From an uncultured delta proteobacterium (GTDB lineage: Bacteria; Myxococcota_A; Polyangia; Haliangiales; Haliangiaceae): a DNA stretch of 64,000 bases. A program made the position numbers and the translations under genes. Below, one piece after another: positions 45,501-54,295 of this stretch; the first letter of the stretch is position 1; the number at the start of each line of letters is the position of its first letter. The notes beneath the pieces are model-generated. The model did not search any database. It was not told where the DNA came from and worked only from the letters and a program-made list of their open reading frames with translations. The DNA lies in assembly GCA_963848295.1 (NCBI GenBank), contig CAWKDB010000009.1, positions 1 through 64,000 on the forward strand, given 5' to 3'.

Positions 45501-46751
45501 GTACGTAAGGACGTACCATCGGTGCCTGGAGCAGTGGGAGGAGCAGTTCCCTGGGTTGCCGGGACCAATCATGATCGAGGTCCCGGAGAACCTGGCGGAG
45601 AACATCGAGGAACTCACACATCAGTTGCTACCGGCACTCCAAGCAAACGCGCGCAGGTCCGAGGAGATGTTTAGGCTGTACCAGGAAAAGCCTGTCACGC
45701 TTCAAATGCTCGCTCGTGGTCTAAGATGCTCGGTCTTTGCCGCGATGAGTCAGCTGGCAGCGGACTCGGACGTCGAACTCAGGTGCACGGGCGCAGCCCC
45801 GGAGGAGATCACACGCGTTCTCGAGGCTTTGAACAGCGGCCAGAAGCTGATCGTCGAGACCACGGCCCTGTCCACCCTCCTTCTGATTGGAGACACGGAG
45901 CTCCTTTCCAAGCTCAAGGGCCGATTGCTCGTTGCCCAGGCAACGCTTGACGAGTTGCGTGCACATCGACGCGAAGTGAGCACCCGTGGCGAGAGCTTTC
46001 TGGGCATGCACGACGGCCAGCTGACGATGCGAGAGGTCAATCCGGAAAGCCGAACAAGGTATCTAGACCACGTCGACGAGCTACTCGCGCTCTTGGCCGA
46101 GTGCGAGACCTTCCGCGAAGAACGACACGACGGGATCGCGCCTCACGACTGGGACCGGCTTGTGAACATTGGTGGCGCTGGCGCTGTGGAGTCCATCCAT
46201 CGCGCCATGCGCACCGGCGAAGCAATTTGGTGCGACGACATGGTCTTGGCGTTCGTGGCACATCAACGAGGTGCGCGAGTCGCTTGGACTCAGCTGCTAT
46301 GCCATCACCTGATGCTTCGCTCCGAGCTCGACTTCGACCATGCATATCGGATCAGCGCCAAGCTCGTCGGCTCGCGGTTCGTTACGACGCATACAACCCA
46401 AGGTGTATTTCGAGAGGCGGCTCGCCTTGCGAACTGAACCCCGACAACTGGCCCTTGAACCAGCATCTGCGGCTGTTCGAGGCGGCACCGTGGCCCGACG
46501 CCGCGACCGGCCTGCTTGCCGTGAGTGTACTTCGCGAGTGGTGGCGTCACGCCCCTTCGGACGCATCTGCGAACGGTGTCACCGTTACCCTGTTGGATCG
46601 CGTCGCCCTCAGGCCGAACGGAACCGACGTCCTGATCCCTGCGATCAGTGGGGCACTTGAACGCGCATTCGGACTCGACGTCCTAGGCTATCAGCGCGCT
46701 CGCGGGGCGTTCGATGCCTGGCGTCGAGCGAGGCCCCTTCGTCAGCTGTAG
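42510..46751 (+). CDS. Nucleosidase (PNP/MTA-SAH) - TPR - GreA/B C-terminal - PIN fusion, ~1400 aa, candidate defence protein (frameshifts near 44950-45050 and 46435)
   Basis: [47 protein letters not shown] helices follow. Gre[46 protein letters not shown]. ORFs 42510..45023, 45124..46437 and the 3' part of 46101..46751 bridge by manual reading. Confidence 0.85.
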
Positions 46752-46926
46752 CCCCGTGCTAGTTTTGTCCGATGCTGCGAACCTGTGGAGCAGGTAGTTC
46801 CGCAACCCCAGCCAAGTCGACGTACACCGCGGCGTACTGCCGGTAAACGAGACATCGCGCAACCGGGCACGTACTTTCGGTGGGGATGCGACCGAGCGTG
46901 ATGTAGAGCGGGTGGGCCAGTGAACT

Positions 46927-47682
46927 TCAGCCACCGATCTCTGAGGTCGTGTGGGTCCGGGAGAAGATGAACGCGTGGATGAGCGGCACGAGAGCGTTGT
47001 TCACGCGGTCGGCTAGTAACACCAGCTCGCGGTCAGCTTCCGGCGCTCCGAACTGCAGACCCAGCATCATCATTTTCTGCTGGGCGGCAGCGTCAGCGTA
47101 GAAGAACCGCGTGCCGTCCATGTCGGGGCCGTAGCAATACTGTGCCGTCTGGTTGGCCGGGCCCGGCGTGTCCTTCGCGTCGATGACGAAGTGCTTTTTG
47201 AACCCTTCGCCCAGGTCCTTCGGACCGTAGTGGAACGAGGCGTTATTGCGGATCCGGTTGAGCAGCTGCGCCGTGTTGCCGCTCGTGTCTCGAGCGGCAA
47301 GGAAGAAGTCATCCCAAGCTCTACGGTTCTCTGACCCGAGCGTGGCGAGGAGCTGCCGGAACTCCGTGCCGAGAACGACGGCCTCGTTTTTCTTGATCAC
47401 GACCATGACCTCGTGGAGCACGCCGGCGAGCCACCGATGTATCTGCGTCATTGCGCCGCGCCACTGCCCCGCGTTGGCTGACCAGTCCGTCTTCGCGGGT
47501 CGCCCCATCGCGATCAGGTATTGCTCGAACAGCAGCATCCCCTTCATGTCGTTGAAAGCGAGCGCGAACGCGAGGAACACTTTGCCGAGCTGATCCGAGT
47601 CGTGATGGACGAGGGTACGCGGGTCGACGTCGACCTTCTCAGACAGCTCCCACGGCCGCAGCTCGTTCGGCGAAGCCGTCAT
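46927..47682 (-). CDS. HEPN-motif helical protein, putative RNase effector
   Basis: LLNRIRNNASFHY (Rx5H HEPN-type motif); GGAG RBS before the ATG at 47682. Confidence 0.65.
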   Translation of the reverse strand: MTASPNELRPWELSEKVDVDPRTLVHHDSDQLGKVFLAFALAFNDMKGMLLFEQYLIAMGRPAKTDWSANAGQWRGAMTQIHRWLAGVLHEVMVVIKKNEAVVLGTEFRQLLATLGSENRRAWDDFFLAARDTSGNTAQLLNRIRNNASFHYGPKDLGEGFKKHFVIDAKDTPGPANQTAQYCYGPDMDGTRFFYADAAAQQKMMMLGLQFGAPEADRELVLLADRVNNALVPLIHAFIFSRTHTTSEIGG

Positions 47683-47753
47683 CGTGGACTCTCCGAACAG
47701 GAACTGGGCAAAGGCCCGCTTGAGCCGCGCGAAGGGCACCAATAACGGCGCTG

Positions 47754-50074
47754 GCGGACTGATCTGATCTCGCGGGCTTGCGCAGCTGCGGTCGGATCCG
47801 CAGAAAGGGGAACTTTTCCCGGTCGCGCCGGAATTTCGGAACGGTGGCGATTGTCTTCAGGGCGATGGAAGCTCTCGACCTCGCCTTGCAGGAGTTGCCG
47901 CGGTCATCGAAGTACGAGGTCCGTCGGTTTTCGGACGATGGCGCAGTCGTGGTCGATGGCACGATCGCGAACGTGTTCATCGGCGGCACGCTGATCGGCA
48001 CGTTCGACGAGGAGGACGATGATCGCGGACCGAGGAACGTCCTCGTGGTGACGCTCGCGAAGTCAGGGCAGCTCCATCTGCAGCGCCTGGCGGCGGCGTT
48101 CGGGCTCGACGACGAGTATGTGCGGCGACTGCGGCGTAAGGAAGAAGCAGGCGGTTTCGGCGCGGTGCTGGGAAAGCGGCAAGGCAAGAACTCGACGGTG
48201 AGGCCGGAACTACGCGCAGCGTGGTTCGCGATGTTCGACGCAGGACAGACGCCCAAGGATGCACACCGCGAGCAGCCGCGGAAGGGACGACATTCGTACT
48301 CGACGGCGTGGCGCATCCACGACGAGTGGAAACGCACCCGAGCTGCCGAGCCGACGAAGCGCACGCTGCCGGCGGAGCCGCGGCCTCCGAGCGAGGGTCA
48401 GCTGGTCTTGTGGCAGACGGCAACCGCGGCAACCGCCGCCGAAGACCTCGTAATGCCCGAAGAGCCGAGCGCAGAGATCGTGCCGATGACGGCGCAGCCG
48501 GTCCGTGGCGGGAAGATGATCCAGCACGTGGGCAGCTGGATGCTACTTGCGCTCGCGGGCGAGCTCGGGCTCCACGAAGAAGCGCAACATGCGTTCGAGA
48601 GCCGAAATCGCGACGGGCTGAGGATCGCGCTCGACGCGGTGATCTGTGCGCTCGCGATCAAGCAGTTCGTCGTCGAGGGCGTGCGACGACTCGCGACTCC
48701 GACGGGGCCTGCGCTACTTCGTGCCGAGCGCGTGCCGACGCCCAGTGGCGTGCGCAAGCTCCTGGGGCGGCTGCTCGAGCAGACCGACGGTGGCGCGGCG
48801 CTCGACGCCCGGATGGCGGCACGCTTCATCGCCGCGGCCCGCAGCGACGACGGCCCCGCCGTCTTCTACATCGACAATCACATGCGGCCCTACACCGGCC
48901 AGCACGTCGTGCGAAAGGGCTGGCGGATGCAGGACCGTCGGGTGCTACCCGGCACGAGCGACTATTACGTGCACGACGAGGATGGTCGGCCGGTGTTTCG
49001 CGTCGCGGTCCCGTCGCACGACAGCCTGACCACCTGGCTGCCACCGCTGGCCAAGCGATTGCGCGAGGCGCTCGGCAAGGACGAGCAGATCGTGCTCGCC
49101 TTCGATCGCGCCGGCGCCTTTGCCGAGCCGCTCGCTGACCTGCGCGACACCGGCTTCGACTTCGTGACGTACGAGCGCAAGCCTTACCCCGAGCTACCGG
49201 CGAGCGCCTTTTCTCCGACGACGATTGCCGGAGACAAGGTCGGGCTGCACGAGAGTCGGCTGCGCAACCTCGGCGCCGGCCGTGGCCGCATTCGCCGGAT
49301 CGCGATCCGGACCGAGGACGGTCGTCAGGTAAACTTCCTCGCGAGCTCGAAGCTGCCGGCCGCGCAGCTCGTCGAGATCTTGTGGCATCGGTGGCGCCAA
49401 GAGAATGGCTTCAAGCACGGCGTCGAGCGCTGGGGCATCAACCAGCTCGACGGTCGCAGCGTCGAGCCGTATCCGCCGGGCACGATCATTCCGAACCCGA
49501 GACGCCGTCGGCTCGATCGTGCCTTGCGCCTCGCACGCGTCGCCGAAGGAGATGCGCGGCGCGACCTCGCGCGCTTCGCACCGACCGACAAGCGCCACGT
49601 CGCGGCCGAAGTGGACCTCGCCGATGCGCTCGAGCGGCAGCACCGCCTCGAGGATCTCCGGCCATGGCTCCCGTCGCATGCCCCAGTAGAGGAGACCGAG
49701 CTCGCCGGCAAGCTCGTCCGCCACGACGGCAGACTCAAGACGATCATCGACGTGATCCGCGTCGTCTGTGCGAACGCGGAGTCCGACCTCGCGTCGATGC
49801 TCGCACCGCACTTGCGCCGGCCGCGTGAGGCCAAGAAGCTCGTCGGGAATCTCCTCGCGGCCCCCGGAAGCGTCGCCATCACCGACGAAGCCGTCCACAT
49901 TCGGCTCGCGCCGGCCGCGACACCCTCCGAGCGGCAGGCGATTCAGCATCTCTGTACTGCCATCAACGAGCGCCGACTCACCCTCCCAGGAGATCCGAAG
50001 CGCCTCCCGCTACGCTTCAGCCTCCACCTTCAGTAGATGCTCCGTTATGAACTCTGGGGCACTGGTCAGTCCGC
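47754..50074 (+). mobile_element. IS copy 2 (intact), imperfect 11-bp TIR GCGGACTGA(T/C)C
   Basis: GCGGACTGATC at 47754-47764 and GGTCAGTCCGC at 50064-50074; single transposase ORF; no obvious target-site duplication, so ends are tentative. Confidence 0.8.
47865..50036 (+). CDS. DDE transposase (IS4-clan-like), 723 aa, with N-terminal HTH
   Basis: FYIDNH, LAFDRAG, RWRQENGFK (D-D-E with R-x3-E-x3-K helix). Confidence 0.88.
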   Translation: MEALDLALQELPRSSKYEVRRFSDDGAVVVDGTIANVFIGGTLIGTFDEEDDDRGPRNVLVVTLAKSGQLHLQRLAAAFGLDDEYVRRLRRKEEAGGFGAVLGKRQGKNSTVRPELRAAWFAMFDAGQTPKDAHREQPRKGRHSYSTAWRIHDEWKRTRAAEPTKRTLPAEPRPPSEGQLVLWQTATAATAAEDLVMPEEPSAEIVPMTAQPVRGGKMIQHVGSWMLLALAGELGLHEEAQHAFESRNRDGLRIALDAVICALAIKQFVVEGVRRLATPTGPALLRAERVPTPSGVRKLLGRLLEQTDGGAALDARMAARFIAAARSDDGPAVFYIDNHMRPYTGQHVVRKGWRMQDRRVLPGTSDYYVHDEDGRPVFRVAVPSHDSLTTWLPPLAKRLREALGKDEQIVLAFDRAGAFAEPLADLRDTGFDFVTYERKPYPELPASAFSPTTIAGDKVGLHESRLRNLGAGRGRIRRIAIRTEDGRQVNFLASSKLPAAQLVEILWHRWRQENGFKHGVERWGINQLDGRSVEPYPPGTIIPNPRRRRLDRALRLARVAEGDARRDLARFAPTDKRHVAAEVDLADALERQHRLEDLRPWLPSHAPVEETELAGKLVRHDGRLKTIIDVIRVVCANAESDLASMLAPHLRRPREAKKLVGNLLAAPGSVAITDEAVHIRLAPAATPSERQAIQHLCTAINERRLTLPGDPKRLPLRFSLHLQ

Positions 50075-50398
50075 AGATGCGGACTCGTTGGCTACAGCCT
50101 CGACCTCAGCTTCCTCGACGTCGATTGCAGCGGGCCGCGCTCCCGCTCGCACGAGAGTGGCTGCCTGGTCCCGCGTGACGATGAAGGACTCGGTCTCCTT
50201 GCCGTCGCGATGGACGTGGGCGACGCGGTGGCCGCGAGAGAGGTGGTCTAAACGGCCGCGAGCGTCTGCGGTCGCGACCTCGGGGGTGGCGCCCACGCCA
50301 TGGGCGAAGACGGTGCTGATGCGCACCTCGTGCGCGGGATTCCGGGCAGCGAGGTCGGCGAGCGTGCGCTGGACTCGAGCTTGGGTCTCGGGGTTCAT
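50066..50398 (-). pseudogene. Hypothetical gene truncated by the IS
   Basis: AAGGAG RBS then MNPETQARVQR...; the stop codon lies inside the IS right TIR. Confidence 0.55.
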
Positions 50399-50603
50399 GG
50401 AGTACTCCTTCGGACTGATCGCATGGTGCCAGCGGGGGCTGACATCGGTGTCCCTGCCGATCTCACGGCAGGAGTTCGAGGGCAACCGCAAGTACGGTGA
50501 CGATGATGCACCGACGACGTCGTCGACTGGCGTCCCGCGTGATGGCCGGCGAGTCGCCGTTCGCGTTGACGTACGGAAATGGCGACTCGTAGTAGTATTG
50601 GGA

Positions 50604-51299
50604 ATGGGGCATGGACGGCGCTGGATGGACATCCTGGCAATTGCCGCATTGCTTGCGAGTTGCGGCGCCACCGGCGAGATGGGCGTTCCTGGATCGGAGG
50701 GAGCGCAAGGCTCAGCGGGGTCCCAAGGACCGCAAGGGCCAATCGGACCGGCTGGTCCTGAGGGCCCTGCCGGTCCCTCGACGGGGATTCGCTGGGCGGA
50801 TGCGAACGGAACGCTCGTCCCGGGAGCCTTCGGACTGACGGAGAGGCTGCCCCTAGACAACACGACGTTCTCTGGGACCGAAGGCTATCGAGAGGCTCTG
50901 TACATCGATGGAAATGGCATTGTGTGGCGTTTGGATCCCGGAACTGGGACCGTCTCCGGCGATCCAAGAACCGCAAGTCAGCGGCGCATTGTCAGCACCA
51001 TCTTTGCGATGCCCAACTGTGCGGGCGCACCACTTTTTCGATCAAACTACGAAACGTCAGGCATTCTCATCCCGCGAATCGCAATAACGATCGACCTTCT
51101 CGCCGGAGTGTCGGTGATCGCCCTCAACGACCAACCGACTCTGCAACAGACCCAATGGTGCTCCTTGTACGACCCCGCGCAGAGCGGTTGTCGAACATTC
51201 TCAGGATGCGGTACGACACTCGCGTACCCACAGAGCAGCGTCCACACGCTTACGCCACCAGTACTCAGCGGGCTCGCACCGTTTCATCCGATTCTATAA
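50604..51299 (+). CDS. Lipoprotein with short collagen-like (Gly-X-Y) repeat
   Basis: ALLASC lipobox; about 13 GXY triplets (GATGEMGVPGSEGAQG...GPAGPS); C-terminal Cys-containing domain. Confidence 0.75.
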   Translation: MGHGRRWMDILAIAALLASCGATGEMGVPGSEGAQGSAGSQGPQGPIGPAGPEGPAGPSTGIRWADANGTLVPGAFGLTERLPLDNTTFSGTEGYREALYIDGNGIVWRLDPGTGTVSGDPRTASQRRIVSTIFAMPNCAGAPLFRSNYETSGILIPRIAITIDLLAGVSVIALNDQPTLQQTQWCSLYDPAQSGCRTFSGCGTTLAYPQSSVHTLTPPVLSGLAPFHPIL

Positions 51300-51418
51300 G
51301 GCTAGTGGCTGGGTCTGACGAGTCGCTCAATTCGCGCCGGATGTCCGCAGCCGACTGGAGGTACCATTCGAGCTGATCGACGGTGAGCTTGTCATCGAGC
51401 ACGATCTCGACCGGCTCC

Positions 51419-52571
51419 TCATGCCGCGGTCTGCGCCTCATTCGCGACAGACCCCGTCGCGCTAACGCCGTCTTTCGTCGGCGCCTTGCGCTTCGTCAGC
51501 GCGTAGACAGTCCCTGCGCCCGGTAGCACGAACGACACGCGGTGGTAGTCCTGCTCCCACGCCTCAGGCGCGAGGTGCGCATAGACCTTCTGCGTGATGG
51601 TCACGTTCGCGTGGCCGAGGATCTTCGAGAGGCGGAAGATGTCGCCGCCATCGAGAACCCAGTGGGACGCGAACGTGTGGCGCAGGTCGTGGAATCGCAG
51701 CTGCTCCGGTAGCCCTGCCCGCTTCGCGGCCTGCTTGAACGGGAACCGCACGCCAGGCTTCGAGCGCGGCTTGCCGTCCTCGCCCGGAAACACGAGCTTC
51801 GCGCCGCCACGTTTGAGCGCCAGCTCGCCGCAGGAACGGCACGAGCGTATCGAGGATGGGAATGTGGCGAGCCTTGCCTGATTTCGTCGTGCCGTGGCGA
51901 CCTCTGTGCACCGCGATGAGCCGGCGCTCGAGATCGACGTCGGCCCACTGGAGGTGCAGCAGCTCGTCGAGGCGCATCCCGGTGCCAACGGCGAGCGTCA
52001 CGATCTCGCGGATGCCCTTCGGGCACTCGACCAGCAGCTTCGTGATCTCCTCGCGGCGTCTGGATCCACGTGTAGATCCCTGCGTCCTTCTCCTCGATCC
52101 GCGACACGCCATGACATGGGTTGACCTCGACCCATTCGCGATCGACGAAGTACGAGAACGCCGACGACAGACACGGTGAGGTTGCCGTTCACCGTCGTCG
52201 CCGCGAACTGCGTTGCCTGATCGTCGCGCCACTTCATCACGTGCGGCTTGCGCAGCGACACGATCGGGACGGAGCCGAGCTTGGGCAGGATGTAGATGCG
52301 GATGCGGTCCGTGTAGCCGCCATGCGAGCGCGAGCCACTCGCCTTGAGTGACGCGAGCCACTCGTCGGTCGGCCTGCTTGACCGTGCGATCGAGGTCCAG
52401 CTCGGGCGGCAGCTCGCCCGCGGTGATCTGTTCCTGCGTGACGATGTAGCGACGCTCGGCGATCTTCGCCTCGCGCTCGCTCTCAAAGGTCCCGACGTAG
52501 ACCTTCTTCCCGTCCCGACGGCCATAGACCTGCCAGGCGATCCCACTCTTACCGTCGTACTTTGTGATCAT
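51419..52571 (-). CDS. int: Tyrosine recombinase/integrase with N-terminal arm-binding domain (frameshifted)
   Basis: GKKVYVGTFESEREA N-domain; GTGMRLDEL (R), TKSGK (K), FHDLRH (HxxR), LGH, VYAH (Y). Confidence 0.92.
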
Positions 52572-52645
52572 GACAACGCCTCGTGGGCGCGCGGATCTAC
52601 GCACGCCGAAAAAGGCTCCGTCGCCGGCTTCACGCGGCCGAGTAT

Positions 52646-52743
52646 TCGCCAGAACCTCAACTCACGGAGGTCACCGACGACAGAGCGACGATGGATGAAA
52701 ACTCGACTGGTGATGGGCTCCGTGAGCGTTGAGGTTCTGGCGA
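52646..52743. repeat. Long inverted repeat / RNA hairpin between xis and int
   Basis: TCGCCAGAACCTCAA-CTCACGGAG (52646-52669) pairs with CTCCGTGAG-CG-TTGAGGTTCTGGCGA (52718-52743): 24 bp with a 2-nt bulge, plus inner GTCACC/GGTGAT pairing. Confidence 0.85.
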
Positions 52744-52751
52744 GGACCAGC

Positions 52752-52973
52752 CTACGCGGCGCGGTCATCACCGTCCACCGAGGCCGCATCCTCGTTGGCA
52801 ACACCCACCCGCCGCGACGCGATCCACTCTTCGAGAGCGGCCACGTCGAACACGACGATGCGCGGCGAGATGCGAATGTGCGGCACCATCCGGCGACAGA
52901 CCATGCTCCGTAGCGTGCCGACCGGGATCCCTAGCAGCCGCGCCGCGTCCCGGTAGTTCATGCGCGGCGTCAC
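52752..52973 (-). CDS. Excisionase-like HTH (MerR-like/HTH_17) protein
   Basis: MNYRDAARLLGIPVGTLRSMV...PHIRIS..VVFD..LEEWI; immediately upstream of int. Confidence 0.85.
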   Translation of the reverse strand: MTPRMNYRDAARLLGIPVGTLRSMVCRRMVPHIRISPRIVVFDVAALEEWIASRRVGVANEDAASVDGDDRAA

Positions 52974-53391
52974 GAGGCCGCCGCCTGCACTACGCGCGGC
53001 ACATTGGTGTTGGCCGTGACCGCAGAGTCGACCCGCGCCACGGTGTGCAGTGCATCGTTATCGCGGTTGCCGGACCGGTCGTGTTTCTTATCCTCGTACT
53101 CGGCGAACAGCATCAGCACAAATTGCGCGCCCGAGCCGCTCATCGCGCCGGTACCGACTGCGCGAAGCACGTCGCTCTCGCTGACACCGGCGAGCAAGGC
53201 GCCAAGCGCGGCGAGCGTGCCCGAGACAATCTTCGGTGCCCAACCTTTGCGGGTGAGGATCGCGCCGAGCAGCGCCGAGCCGGCCGCGCCCGCAGCAGTG
53301 AACGCGAGTTGATGCGTCGTGGACATGTCCTCGGCCTGAGGTGCCGCTCCACGTTGCGAGGCTTGTGCTTGTCTTCGTGTTTCTTTCCCAT
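52970..53391 (-). CDS. Small Gly/Ala-rich multi-TM protein (frameshift near 53335)
   Basis: AGGAG RBS then MGKKHEDKHKPRNVE joined to MSTTHQLAFTAAGAAGSALLGAIL...; GTGA-coupled to xis. Confidence 0.65.
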
Positions 53392-53417
53392 GACGAACTC
53401 CTGATGCATGCGCTTCG

Positions 53418-54164
53418 CTAAGCGAGCGTGCTGGTGAGCTTCCCGAACAGTTCCGCGAACCCGACAACGAAGGACTCCTCGATCGTGTCCGCTCGGAATC
53501 GCCCCTTGGGGCGTGCCGGAACGCGACCGAGGTCGCGCTCCAACGCCACGAGTACGAGCGTCACAACGCACAGCAGGTCGCGGCGGTCCAGCTGGGTCGT
53601 CGGTTCGGCGGCGGCGTGCGCACCAAGTCGCCGGAATGCCGCTCGAACGCGTGCAATCGCCTCCCGTTGCCGCGAATCCTTCAGCTGTGCCGCCCCGCTG
53701 GCTGCGACCTCGAGCAGCCAGTCCAGATCCGGCTGGTACCGCTGAAACAACGGGAACCAATCCCCCGCTCCCAGCGCGAGCCCCCACTCCGCGTTCCCAG
53801 CAAGGTTGATCGCGAGTTGCTGCCCCCGAACCCGAGATCGAGGAGCCGCTGGGATGCTCGCGGTGAGCGGCGGAAACCGAAGCGGCGCACGTGACAAGAC
53901 GGGGCCGAGGTCGCGCTCGATCGCCGCGAGCAGGATCGCGAGCGCGAGTTTCAGATCGCGGGTATCGACGCGCGCACCGCCGCCCGCAGCGAGCTCGCGC
54001 AATGCAGCTCGCAGTCGCCCGATCGCCGCAGTCCGATCGGGCGCCGCGCCCTCCGCGATATCGAGCAACCACCCCAGGCTCGACCGGTACTTCTGGAGGA
54101 ACGGCAAGGAGGTGCCGGCAGAGGAGATGGTGAGCCTGGTGTCGGCGTTGAGGTCGATGAACAC
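53418..54164 (-). CDS. Hypothetical protein made of two tandem homologous ~95-aa domains
   Basis: P.(L/F)Q(K/R)Y...L.WLL(D/E).A...AI.R.RAA.R.L...D.RDL......L.A.ERDLG occurs twice. Confidence 0.75.
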   Translation of the reverse strand: MFIDLNADTRLTISSAGTSLPFLQKYRSSLGWLLDIAEGAAPDRTAAIGRLRAALRELAAGGGARVDTRDLKLALAILLAAIERDLGPVLSRAPLRFPPLTASIPAAPRSRVRGQQLAINLAGNAEWGLALGAGDWFPLFQRYQPDLDWLLEVAASGAAQLKDSRQREAIARVRAAFRRLGAHAAAEPTTQLDRRDLLCVVTLVLVALERDLGRVPARPKGRFRADTIEESFVVGFAELFGKLTSTLA

Positions 54165-54295
54165 AGCTTGGTCCTTTCGTCGGGCAATGCCCGGTCATGC
54201 CCGCACGCGGCGAGCGTCATCGCCGCGCGACCAACGCGCGGCGGAACATCAACAGAGATCGAACGAGTCGGCGATCGGTGTCAGCTCGTCAGCAG

